Source: Candidatus Moraniibacteriota bacterium (GTDB taxonomy: Bacteria; Patescibacteriota; Minisyncoccia; Moranbacterales; UBA11712). Taken from it: DNA of 52,864 nt. Below the pieces are notes generated by a model. The model ran no database searches. It was not told the DNA's origin and saw nothing but the letters and a program-made list of their open reading frames with translations. Positions 24,757-32,290 of this stretch are shown one piece after another; position 1 is the first letter of the stretch, and every line of letters begins with the position of its first letter. Location of the stretch: assembly GCA_043802865.1 (NCBI GenBank), contig JAZDKQ010000031.1, forward strand, positions 1 to 52,864, read 5' to 3'. A program made the position numbers and the translations under genes.

Positions 24757-26217
24757 ATGGCCTCTTTTTATCGCCGTGTGTTTTTTTGGGTATTTGCCAT
24801 TCTTTTTCTGCTTACGACTCCGGTGGTGATCCTATATTCGCAGGGCTATCGTTTCAATCAGTATCAGGGAATTTTTATCCACAGCGGATCAATCACCGTG
24901 AAGTCCACCCCATCAAGCGTGAATGTTTTTCTCAATGGCCAATTACAACCATCTGGGAGACTGGATATGATAAACAGCTCTATAACCTTGAATGGATTGC
25001 GTCCGGGAACCTATGATCTCAAAGTTACCGCTGACGGATATGGAGACTGGGAAAAGAATGTTGAGGTCCACAGCGGAGTTTCCACAGAATTTTGGAATAT
25101 TTTTTTGCCGCAAAAAAATTATTTGCCCAAAGAACTGAGTGCCGAAGGAACGCAGAGATATTTTCCCTCTCCTTTCGGAAAAAAAGTTGCTTATTCCAAA
25201 AAAAATGCTGATAATCTTGAAATTTGGTCGCTGGATATGAAAAAAAACGAACCGACGCTGATTTTCTCAAAACCGGGACTGGAATTTTCAACTGATTTGT
25301 TGGAAAACGCCGAATGGGAATCCAATGAACAAATGCTGATTGCCCCTATTCACTCAAACGGCCAAAAGGAGTTTCTTGTTTTGGACTCCGAAAATGTCCA
25401 AGTACCTGCCCTTCTTTCTGAATTATCTTCTCTTCCCGATCTCGACAAGACCCGCTGGAGTCCCGACAACCAGGAGGCTATTTTTTTCACGGCAGCGTCA
25501 AAAGATGGCTTGATGCAAAATCTCTATCGAATTGATTTGGGGACAAAAAATACGGAAATCATTTCCGGGAATGTCAAAGCATATGATCTTTCTGGAAAGA
25601 CCATATATTCGTTGAAGCAAAATAATATTATATACAAGACAGATCTTAATGGAAAAGGCGAAAAACAAATAACTTTTGAGGCTATTCCTTTTTTCGGGGA
25701 AAACCAGCAATCGCGCCTTATTGTGTATGATGAAGACCGCCAGGCTGTCATTTCCGAAGACGGACAGCTCTTTGTTCACAACAACGGAGTAACCGAAACA
25801 CTGAAAAAAATAGGGGATGATGTTTTGGGCGCGCAGTTTTCGGATGACGGAAAAAAACTTTTGTACTGGAACAACCATGAAATCGAAGTTTTGTATCTCA
25901 GGACATGGGATGTCCAACCGCGCCGGAGTGAGAATGAAACGCAGCAAATCATTCGTTTCTCGACTCCGATCAAAAATGTCTTTTGGTATCGAGACTATGA
26001 ACATGTTTTTTTCAGTACTCAAAACAAATTGAAGATCGCCGAGCTTGATCCGCGCGATCATCGGAGTGTTTTTGATATCTGGGAATACACTTCTGAAAAT
26101 TTCACAAGTTCATATGATTCGGCGAATGGAATTTTTTATTTTCTTGATGAGATCAGTGGAAAAAGAAAATTTTTCTATTTAAATATTCCTCTACAGGCAG
26201 GATTTTTCGGAGGATAG
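24757..26217 (+). CDS. PEGA-domain protein with N-terminal anchor and C-terminal beta-propeller-like (TolB/WD40-like) region
   Basis: Likely start MASFYRRVFFWVFAILFLLTTPVVILYSQGYRFN at 24757; the track ORF starts at 24694. PEGA-type ITVKSTPSSVNVFLNG...LRPGTYDLKVTADGYGDWEKNVEV. Confidence 0.7.
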   Translation: MASFYRRVFFWVFAILFLLTTPVVILYSQGYRFNQYQGIFIHSGSITVKSTPSSVNVFLNGQLQPSGRLDMINSSITLNGLRPGTYDLKVTADGYGDWEKNVEVHSGVSTEFWNIFLPQKNYLPKELSAEGTQRYFPSPFGKKVAYSKKNADNLEIWSLDMKKNEPTLIFSKPGLEFSTDLLENAEWESNEQMLIAPIHSNGQKEFLVLDSENVQVPALLSELSSLPDLDKTRWSPDNQEAIFFTAASKDGLMQNLYRIDLGTKNTEIISGNVKAYDLSGKTIYSLKQNNIIYKTDLNGKGEKQITFEAIPFFGENQQSRLIVYDEDRQAVISEDGQLFVHNNGVTETLKKIGDDVLGAQFSDDGKKLLYWNNHEIEVLYLRTWDVQPRRSENETQQIIRFSTPIKNVFWYRDYEHVFFSTQNKLKIAELDPRDHRSVFDIWEYTSENFTSSYDSANGIFYFLDEISGKRKFFYLNIPLQAGFFGG

Positions 26218-26345
26218 ACCCTGTGGATAACTTTCTTGACTTGCATTTAAAAAAAAATGATATATAATAAAATAAATTCTACAAAGTTATCGCAAATAAT
26301 TTTTTAGAAAAAATAAAAAATAAAATTGAAGGGAGGTGAAACACA

Positions 26346-26417
26346 ATGGCAAAGAAAAAAGCAAAGAAGAAAGTTGTGAAGAAGAAAAAAGCAGCAAAGA
26401 AAAAAAAGAAAAGATAG
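26346..26417 (+). CDS. 23-aa lysine-rich micropeptide candidate (MAKKKAKKKVVKKKKAAKKKKKR)
   Basis: Strong SD GGGAGGTGA (26331-26339) lies 6 nt upstream of the ATG. TTGACT at 26236 is upstream and a hairpin terminator is downstream. Too short for the ORF track. The coding status of low-complexity A-rich DNA is uncertain. Confidence 0.35.
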   Translation: MAKKKAKKKVVKKKKAAKKKKKR

Positions 26418-26449
26418 TCTGAATCAATTTTCTTTTTGCAATAAGAAAA

Positions 26450-26470
26450 AGGCGCTCATGCTGGGCGCCT
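26450..26470. terminator. bidirectional hairpin between the micropeptide ORF and prmC
   Basis: AGGCGC (26450-26455) / GCGCCT (26465-26470) with a 9-nt loop. Flanked by an A-run upstream and T-rich sequence downstream. Confidence 0.5.
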
Positions 26471-27367
26471 TTATGTTTTTACCTCTGTCATGCGCCATTT
26501 TCCTGCCAGATCTTTGAAGAATTTCGTCTTGGCTTTTGGCAAGCATTTCTTGATAATTCGGCCTATTTCCGGTTTTTGCTCAGGGCTGAATTCAATAAAC
26601 AAAGAACAGTGAGCAGTGATCAATATTTTTTTTATCTCTGCAAACAAATCTTTGTAGTGCTGAAGTCCTCTGCGTCCGCTTAGCAGGGCTTTTTTTGGTT
26701 CGTATTTTAAATTTTTATAATTTTGCTTATAAATATTTTCAGAAACATAGGGAAGATTGGCGACGATAAGAATATTTTCAAGTTTTATTTTTCTTTTCAC
26801 GAAATATTCTAGCATATCAGATTGAACAAGTTTTATTTTTTTGTCGACTTTGTGCTTCTTTGTATTCGCTTTCGCAACCCGCAAAGATTCTTTTGAAATA
26901 TCAATTGCATAAAAATTTGTTTTCTTTTGAAATATTTGCGGAATATTTTTCGCGATTGAAATAATTATGTTTCCAGATCCGGTGCCAACGTCGATGACAG
27001 TCAATTTGTCATTCTCGTGCAGAGACGCGATTAATCGCGTCTCTGCGAAGAATTTGTTTATTTTTTTGATAGTTTCTTCAACCAACAGCTCCGTTTCCGG
27101 ACGGGGAATCAAAACATCTTTGTTCACCAGAAATTCCAATCCGAAAAATTCTTTCTTTCCCGCTATATAGGCAACCGGTTCGCCACTTGCCCTTCTTGCG
27201 CAGAAAGAATCGAATTTTTTCGTCTGCATCGCGGACAATTTCTTTTCCGGATGCGCCAAAATATGTTCTTTCGAAAAATTTCCCGCCAAAGACAAAAGAA
27301 TCCCCATGTCGATTGGGGATAGTTTGTATTTTGAATACATTTTTTGCGTAATTTCTCGTATTGTCAT
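26471..27367 (-). CDS. prmC: release-factor glutamine N5-methyltransferase (PrmC/HemK)
   Basis: SAM motif [11 protein letters not shown]. Motif IV reads NLPY ([10 protein letters not shown]) instead of the usual NPPY. ATGA-coupled downstream of prfA. Confidence 0.85.
   Translation of the reverse strand: MTIREITQKMYSKYKLSPIDMGILLSLAGNFSKEHILAHPEKKLSAMQTKKFDSFCARRASGEPVAYIAGKKEFFGLEFLVNKDVLIPRPETELLVEETIKKINKFFAETRLIASLHENDKLTVIDVGTGSGNIIISIAKNIPQIFQKKTNFYAIDISKESLRVAKANTKKHKVDKKIKLVQSDMLEYFVKRKIKLENILIVANLPYVSENIYKQNYKNLKYEPKKALLSGRRGLQHYKDLFAEIKKILITAHCSLFIEFSPEQKPEIGRIIKKCLPKAKTKFFKDLAGKWRMTEVKT
27019..27046. repeat. 28-bp perfect palindrome embedded in-frame in prmC
   Basis: GCAGAGACGCGATT|AATCGCGTCTCTGC encodes AETRLIASL(H), just upstream of the SAM-binding motif. 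Confidence 0.9.
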
Positions 27368-28425
27368 GCCGATATCTTTCTCTTCACGTCTTCTTCTTCA
27401 AGCATGTCAATGATTTTTCCCAAATCACCATCCAGAATCGATGAAATATTGCTCCAGCTTTCTTTGATGCGATGGTCGGTGATCCGGTCTTGCGGGAAAT
27501 TGTATGTTCGGATCTTTTCCGACCGGTCGCCGGTTCCGATCTGGCTTTTTCTCTCTACGCCAAGTTCTTTCGCTCTTTTTTCTTCCCGGGTCGCCAAGAT
27601 CCGCGAACGCAGAACCTTCAGGGCTTTTTCCTTGTTTTTGATCTGCGACTTCTCGTCCTGGCAAGATACGATCATTCCTGTTGGGATATGCAGGATGCGG
27701 ACAGCGCTGTGAGTCGTATTGACGCTCTGTCCGCCTGGTCCGGAAGAACAAAAAGTGTCGATGCGCAAATCATTGAGGTTGATTTCAATATCCATCTCTT
27801 CCGCCTCAGGAAGAACAGCGACAGTGGCAGTTGAAGTGTGGACTCTGCCCATCTTCTCTGTTTCCGGAACTCTTTGCACGCGATGCACGCCCGACTCGTA
27901 TTTCATCTTTCCGAATACGTTTTTTCCTTCAATACTGGTGATCACTTCTTTGAAACCGCCGATGGAATTGGGACTCGAGCTCAAGATCCCGGCTTGCCAA
28001 TTGTTTTTTTCCGCGTAGCGCAAATACATTTTCAAAAGCTGGGCCGCAAAAAGCGCCGATTCATCTCCGCCCGCCCCCGCCCGGATTTCAATGATCACAT
28101 TTCGGCTGTCGTGCGGATCTTTTGGGACAATCATTTTTTTAAGTTCTTCTTCAGCTTCTTCCTTCTTTTTTGACAGTTTCATATTTTCCTCCATTGCCAT
28201 TTCTTTGATTTCCGCTTCAGTCTCGCTGTTCACGATCTCGGCGTTTTCCCGCATGTTTTTTTCGATGTTTTCGAGTTCTTGAATTTTCGCAATTGTCTCT
28301 TCTAATTCCGCCATTCTTTTCCCGATCACTTTCATTTTTTGAGAATCAGAAACAATCCCGGGCTTTTCCAGCTCGTTTTTCAGTTCGACATATTCATTCT
28401 TAATCGCATCAAGTTGATTTTTCAT
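27364..28425 (-). CDS. prfA: peptide chain release factor 1
   Basis: GGQ motif [11 protein letters not shown]; RF1-type tripeptide PET ([14 protein letters not shown]). The likely start is [12 protein letters not shown] at 28425; the track ORF extends to 28467. Confidence 0.93.
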   Translation of the reverse strand: MKNQLDAIKNEYVELKNELEKPGIVSDSQKMKVIGKRMAELEETIAKIQELENIEKNMRENAEIVNSETEAEIKEMAMEENMKLSKKKEEAEEELKKMIVPKDPHDSRNVIIEIRAGAGGDESALFAAQLLKMYLRYAEKNNWQAGILSSSPNSIGGFKEVITSIEGKNVFGKMKYESGVHRVQRVPETEKMGRVHTSTATVAVLPEAEEMDIEINLNDLRIDTFCSSGPGGQSVNTTHSAVRILHIPTGMIVSCQDEKSQIKNKEKALKVLRSRILATREEKRAKELGVERKSQIGTGDRSEKIRTYNFPQDRITDHRIKESWSNISSILDGDLGKIIDMLEEEDVKRKISA

Positions 28426-28511
28426 ATAGCTAATCCTAATCTTCTCAAAGAAGGGGATATTTGTCAAAAAAGACCGCTCGAGCGCAGCCTTTTGTCGAAT
28501 ATATGCAATAA

Positions 28512-28844
28512 TTATTTTGCAGCCTTGGTTGTCTTCTTCTTGGCAACTTTCTTTTTCGCTACCGGTTTTGCCGGTTTGGCTACTTTTTCAGCAGGCTCGG
28601 CTTTCTTTTTTGCTTTCTCCATTTTGTCCGCGAGTATTTTTTCGCTTTTTTCCATTCGCTTCTTGAAGCGGTCGACGCGGCCGGTTGAGTCAACGAGGCG
28701 CTTTTTGCCCGTATAAAAAGGATGGCAAGCGCTACAAACCTCGATCTTCATTTCCGGTTTCATGGAGCCGGTTGTGATCACATTCCCGCAAGCACAGGTG
28801 ATCGTGGCTTCAGAGTTGTATTTTGGGTGGATGTCTTTTTTCAT
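28512..28844 (-). CDS. rpmE: 50S ribosomal protein L31 with an approximately 40-aa K/A-rich C-terminal extension
   Basis: MKKDIHPKY...CACG...[27 protein letters not shown] is canonical L31. It is followed by [35 protein letters not shown]. Confidence 0.9.
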   Translation of the reverse strand: MKKDIHPKYNSEATITCACGNVITTGSMKPEMKIEVCSACHPFYTGKKRLVDSTGRVDRFKKRMEKSEKILADKMEKAKKKAEPAEKVAKPAKPVAKKKVAKKKTTKAAK

Positions 28845-28894
28845 AATTGAATAGCGTTAAATTTACTTATAAATACTAGCATAACATTCAATAA

Positions 28895-28923
28895 TTGACA
28901 AGCCCCGGCGCTCTTGCTACAAT
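28895..28923 (+). promoter_or_regulatory. sigma70-type promoter of rpsB-tsf
   Basis: TTGACA (28895-28900), 17-nt spacer, TACAAT (28918-28923). Leaves an approximately 100-nt leader. Confidence 0.55.
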
Positions 28924-28941
28924 ATAAAGCGTCATAAAACA

Positions 28942-28996
28942 TATCTCTCAAGAGAAAATCCTTGTCCCCGCCGCGGCGGGGTAAATTCGAGAGATA
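28942..28996 (+). promoter_or_regulatory. structured rpsB leader (nested stem-loops)
   Basis: Outer stem TATCTCTC (28942-28949) / GAGAGATA (28989-28996) encloses the 16-nt GC palindrome CCCCGCCGCGGCGGGG (28966-28981). Its function, possibly S2 autoregulation, is inferred only. Confidence 0.35.
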
Positions 28997-29022
28997 GAAG
29001 TAAATAATTAAAGGAAAAAACA

Positions 29023-29823
29023 ATGAAAAACGACAAAGAAACCCCCAGGGAAGGGGAAAAAGCGGCGAGCCGTGAGGAATCAGCCGATTTTTCATATGAG
29101 GGCCTTGAACTGAATATCCCGGATATGTTCAAGGCTGGAGTCCATTTTGGACACAAGAGTTCCCGCTGGAATCCGAAAATGCGCGAATTTGTATTCGGCG
29201 TGAAAAATGATATTCATATCATTGACCTCGAAAAAACTCTGCCCCTTTTCCAAAAAGCACTTGAGTTTTTGCGCGGCGTCGTTGAAAACGGCGGGAAAAT
29301 ACTTTTCGTCGGCACCAAGCCTCAGGCACGGCAGCTGACTGAAATAACGGCGAAGGAAACGGAAATGCCGTATGTCATGAATCGCTGGCTTGGCGGAACC
29401 TTCACAAATTTTTCCGAGATCAAGGGCCGGATCAAATATCTCAATGATCAGGAGAGCTTGAGTGAAAGCAAAGAGGTTAAAAAGTACACCAAGTACGAAC
29501 AAGGCCGGATCAGAAAGGAAATTGCAAGAATGAACGAAAAAATGGGCGGTATAAAGAAAATAGACAAACTTCCGCAAGCTGTTTTTGTCGTTGATATAAA
29601 AGAAAATTCTTTGGCGATCAAAGAAGCCCGCGCCGCCGGAATTCCGACAGTGGCGATGGTTGACACCAACACGGATCCGACGCTCGTTGATTTTCCGATC
29701 CCCGGCAATGATGACGCGCTTTCTTCGCTCAAATATATGCTGGGAATCGTTGTAAAAAATATAATGGAAGCGAAAGCAAAAATGAAAGTCGAGAAAGCTG
29801 AAGTCACAAAAGATAATAAATAG
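29023..29823 (+). CDS. rpsB: 30S ribosomal protein S2 (approximately 30-aa acidic N-terminal extension)
   Basis: FKAGVHFGHKSSRWNPKM; VFVVD...AIKEARAAGIPTVAMVDTN.DP. Followed by tsf. Confidence 0.92.
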   Translation: MKNDKETPREGEKAASREESADFSYEGLELNIPDMFKAGVHFGHKSSRWNPKMREFVFGVKNDIHIIDLEKTLPLFQKALEFLRGVVENGGKILFVGTKPQARQLTEITAKETEMPYVMNRWLGGTFTNFSEIKGRIKYLNDQESLSESKEVKKYTKYEQGRIRKEIARMNEKMGGIKKIDKLPQAVFVVDIKENSLAIKEARAAGIPTVAMVDTNTDPTLVDFPIPGNDDALSSLKYMLGIVVKNIMEAKAKMKVEKAEVTKDNK

Positions 29824-29856
29824 ACCTCAGATATCATCAACTAAGGCAAAGATATC

Positions 29857-30468
29857 ATGACTGAAATAAAAATTTCTGCCCAGCTTGTCAAAGATCTGCG
29901 TGGCAGAACCGGCGCAAGTATAATGGAATGTCGCAACGCGCTATCTGAATCAGGCGGCAATCTTGAAAAAGCGATCGAATATTTGCGAAGGAGTGGAAAA
30001 GAGCGGGCAGCCAAAAAGGCCGACCGGACAACTGCCGAAGGAGTCATCGCCTCATATGTTCACAGCAACCGGAAAATAGCAGCAATGGTCGAAGTATTTT
30101 GCGAAACTGACTTTGTGGCGAAAAACGCTGAATTTCAAGAATTGGCGCATGACCTGGCGATGCACATTGCCGCCGCAAACCCGAAATATTTCTCGTTGGA
30201 AAAAATAGACCCGAAAGACAAAGAAGATTTTGAAAAGTTTGTGCGAGAGGATCTGGCAAGCGAGAAATCCGCCTCGGGCGGAAAGCCGGCCGATATCATT
30301 GAAAAAATAGTCGAGGGCAAAGTGAAAAAACATTTTGAAGAGATTTCGTTTCTCGCCCAGCCGTTTGTGAAAAACCCTGATATGACGGTCGAAGACCTGA
30401 TCAAAGAAAAAATTGTGAAAATCGGAGAAAATATCCAGGTTGGAAATTTTGCGAGATTTGAAATTTGA
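29857..30468 (+). CDS. tsf: elongation factor Ts (short form)
   Basis: LVKDLRGRTGASIMECRNALSESGGNLEKAIEYLR; YVHSNRKIAAMVEVFCETDFVAKN. Confidence 0.9.
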   Translation: MTEIKISAQLVKDLRGRTGASIMECRNALSESGGNLEKAIEYLRRSGKERAAKKADRTTAEGVIASYVHSNRKIAAMVEVFCETDFVAKNAEFQELAHDLAMHIAAANPKYFSLEKIDPKDKEDFEKFVREDLASEKSASGGKPADIIEKIVEGKVKKHFEEISFLAQPFVKNPDMTVEDLIKEKIVKIGENIQVGNFARFEI

Positions 30469-30472
30469 AATC

Positions 30473-31276
30473 ATGACAAGAACCATTTTTCTCAAAATTC
30501 GCCGCTGGGAAAGTTCTCAGCCGATTGAATCCGCCCAATCTTTCCAAAAAGGAGATTTGCTGATTGTGGAAACAAACGATGGTCTTGAATCGGCGATCGT
30601 GGAAGATATCCGGGAAAACAGCGAAGGGAAATTGCCGGGATTGCAAAAAAGAGAAGCGCCCTTGGCAAAGATCGTGCGAAAGGCAAGTCTGCGGGATATA
30701 AACACGATCAAAGAACATCGAGAAAAGGAAAAAGAGGCGCTCGAAAAATGCCGCAAGGAAGTGAAAAAAAACGGAATGCCGATGAAGATAGTTGAAGCAG
30801 CTTATTCCTTTGACGGCGGAAACATTGCGTTTGCTTTCGTGGCCGACGGGAGAGTGGATTTTCGGGAACTGGTGAAAACTCTTTCAAAAATTTTCCAGAG
30901 ATCGATTCGCCTCCATCAGATTGGAGCTCGCGATGAAGCGCGAGAGAGCGGAGGATATGGAATTTGTGGAAGAGGACTGTGCTGTGAGAGGTTCAAGGAA
31001 GATATGCCGAGCATCAACTCCGAAATGGCCAAGGCTCAGCAAATTGTCCGCCGCGGATCAGAAAGAATTTCCGGTCTTTGTGGACGATTGATGTGTTGTC
31101 TCGCCTATGAAGCCGATCAATACCGGGAAATACTCGAAGAAATGCCCAAAACTGGCGAAGAGATCAAGACGAAAGAGGGAAAGGGGATTGTAAAAGAAGT
31201 GAATGCTCTTTCCGGAGAAATAAAAGTGGAGCTTGAAAACAAAAAATATATCCGTATCGCGTCCAAGGATATCTAA
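30473..31276 (+). CDS. PSP1 C-terminal domain protein (RicT/YaaT-like)
   Basis: AYSFDGGNIAFAFVADGRVDFRELVKTLSKIFQRSIRLHQIGARDEA plus the Cys cluster GICGRGLCC...CGRLMCCL. The ATG at 30473 avoids overlap with tsf. Confidence 0.75.
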   Translation: MTRTIFLKIRRWESSQPIESAQSFQKGDLLIVETNDGLESAIVEDIRENSEGKLPGLQKREAPLAKIVRKASLRDINTIKEHREKEKEALEKCRKEVKKNGMPMKIVEAAYSFDGGNIAFAFVADGRVDFRELVKTLSKIFQRSIRLHQIGARDEARESGGYGICGRGLCCERFKEDMPSINSEMAKAQQIVRRGSERISGLCGRLMCCLAYEADQYREILEEMPKTGEEIKTKEGKGIVKEVNALSGEIKVELENKKYIRIASKDI

Positions 31277-31300
31277 TATCTTATAATTCATTGCCGCACT

Positions 31301-32023
31301 ATGTTTTGGATCTACTTATCTCCCATCATATTGGTCGCCGCTCTTGCCGGCCTCGTCATAATCATCGGAAATAAATCAGCCGTTCTCAAAAAAACAGACT
31401 CTTTTCAAGTGAAATCCGCTTTTTCGGATGACAAGAAACGCGATTGGAAAGACCGCCTGAAATCAATCGGGAAAACAATTCTCCATTTGACGGAAAAACT
31501 TCTTGTTCTGGCAAGGATTTCATTTAAGAAGATTGAACAGATTGTCTCAAGCTGGGCAATTCGTCTCAAAGCAAAAAGAAGCGGCCGGAAAATGGAAGAT
31601 ATTTCGCTCGAAAAGACATCGTTTGAAGAAAAATTGGACGCGCCGGAAGCCAACGTGAAAATCGTCCAGGAAATAACGGAAAGCAATGATATTTATGCGG
31701 GGCTAGATCAAGGTGGAGAAAAAATAACCTATGTCAACAGCGAAGTGATTTCCCGCCGGAAAATTCAGGATGAACCCGTTGTTATTTTGAAAAAAGAGCC
31801 CCTTCCGGAAAATAAAGTTCAAGAAGCGGCGCTCATCTATCGCATTGCGGAAAACCCGAAAGACCTTGAGGCTTATCGCGAAATCGGGGACTATTATATG
31901 GGAATCGGCAATATCAAAGACGCCAAAGAGTCATTCAAGATGGTTTTGAAGCTTCGTCCCCGCGATCTCAAAGCCAAAAGCAGCCTTCGGGAAATTGAAA
32001 TGAAAATGAGACTCGGAAGCTAG
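31301..32023 (+). CDS. membrane-anchored protein with C-terminal TPR-like repeat
   Basis: N-terminal TM helix FWIYLSPIILVAALAGLVIIIG. C-terminal EAYREIGDYYMGIGNIKDAKESFKMVLKLRPRD is TPR-like. Confidence 0.5.
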   Translation: MFWIYLSPIILVAALAGLVIIIGNKSAVLKKTDSFQVKSAFSDDKKRDWKDRLKSIGKTILHLTEKLLVLARISFKKIEQIVSSWAIRLKAKRSGRKMEDISLEKTSFEEKLDAPEANVKIVQEITESNDIYAGLDQGGEKITYVNSEVISRRKIQDEPVVILKKEPLPENKVQEAALIYRIAENPKDLEAYREIGDYYMGIGNIKDAKESFKMVLKLRPRDLKAKSSLREIEMKMRLGS

Positions 32024-32040
32024 CGCCGGGCTCTCAAATT

Positions 32041-32112
32041 GCCGGCTTAGCTCAGTGGCAGAGCAACTGTTTTGTAAACAGTAGGTCGTCGGTCCGAATC
32101 CGACAGCCGGCT
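32041..32112 (+). tRNA. tRNA-Thr (anticodon TGT), no encoded CCA
   Basis: Hand-folded cloverleaf: acceptor GCCGGCT/AGCCGGC, D arm GCTC/GAGC, anticodon arm ACTGT-TTTGTAA-ACAGT, T arm GTCGG-TCCGAAT-CCGAC. The T-loop has C where the near-universal T55 is expected. Confidence 0.85.
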
Positions 32113-32125
32113 CAAAATTGAATAT

Positions 32126-32208
32126 GGGCAGGTGACAGAGCGGTCAATTGTACCAGACTGTAAATCTGGCGCCTTCGGGCTACGGGGGTTCGAATCCCTC
32201 CCTGCCCA
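32126..32208 (+). tRNA. tRNA-Tyr (anticodon GTA), long variable arm, no encoded CCA
   Basis: Acceptor GGGCAGG/CCTGCCC, anticodon arm CCAGA-CTGTAAA-TCTGG, variable arm GCC-TTCG-GGC, T arm GGGGG-TTCGAAT-CCCTC. Confidence 0.9.
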
Positions 32209-32213
32209 CATTG

Positions 32214-32244
32214 AAAAAAATCCTTCCTTTAGTGGGATTTTTTT
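32214..32244 (+). terminator. terminator after the tRNA pair
   Basis: AAAAAAATCC (32214-32223) / GGATTTTTTT (32235-32244) with an 11-nt loop. Confidence 0.5.
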
Positions 32245-32290
32245 GTTTTTGGAGGATTTGTGATATAATCAAAACGAAAATACAAACAAA

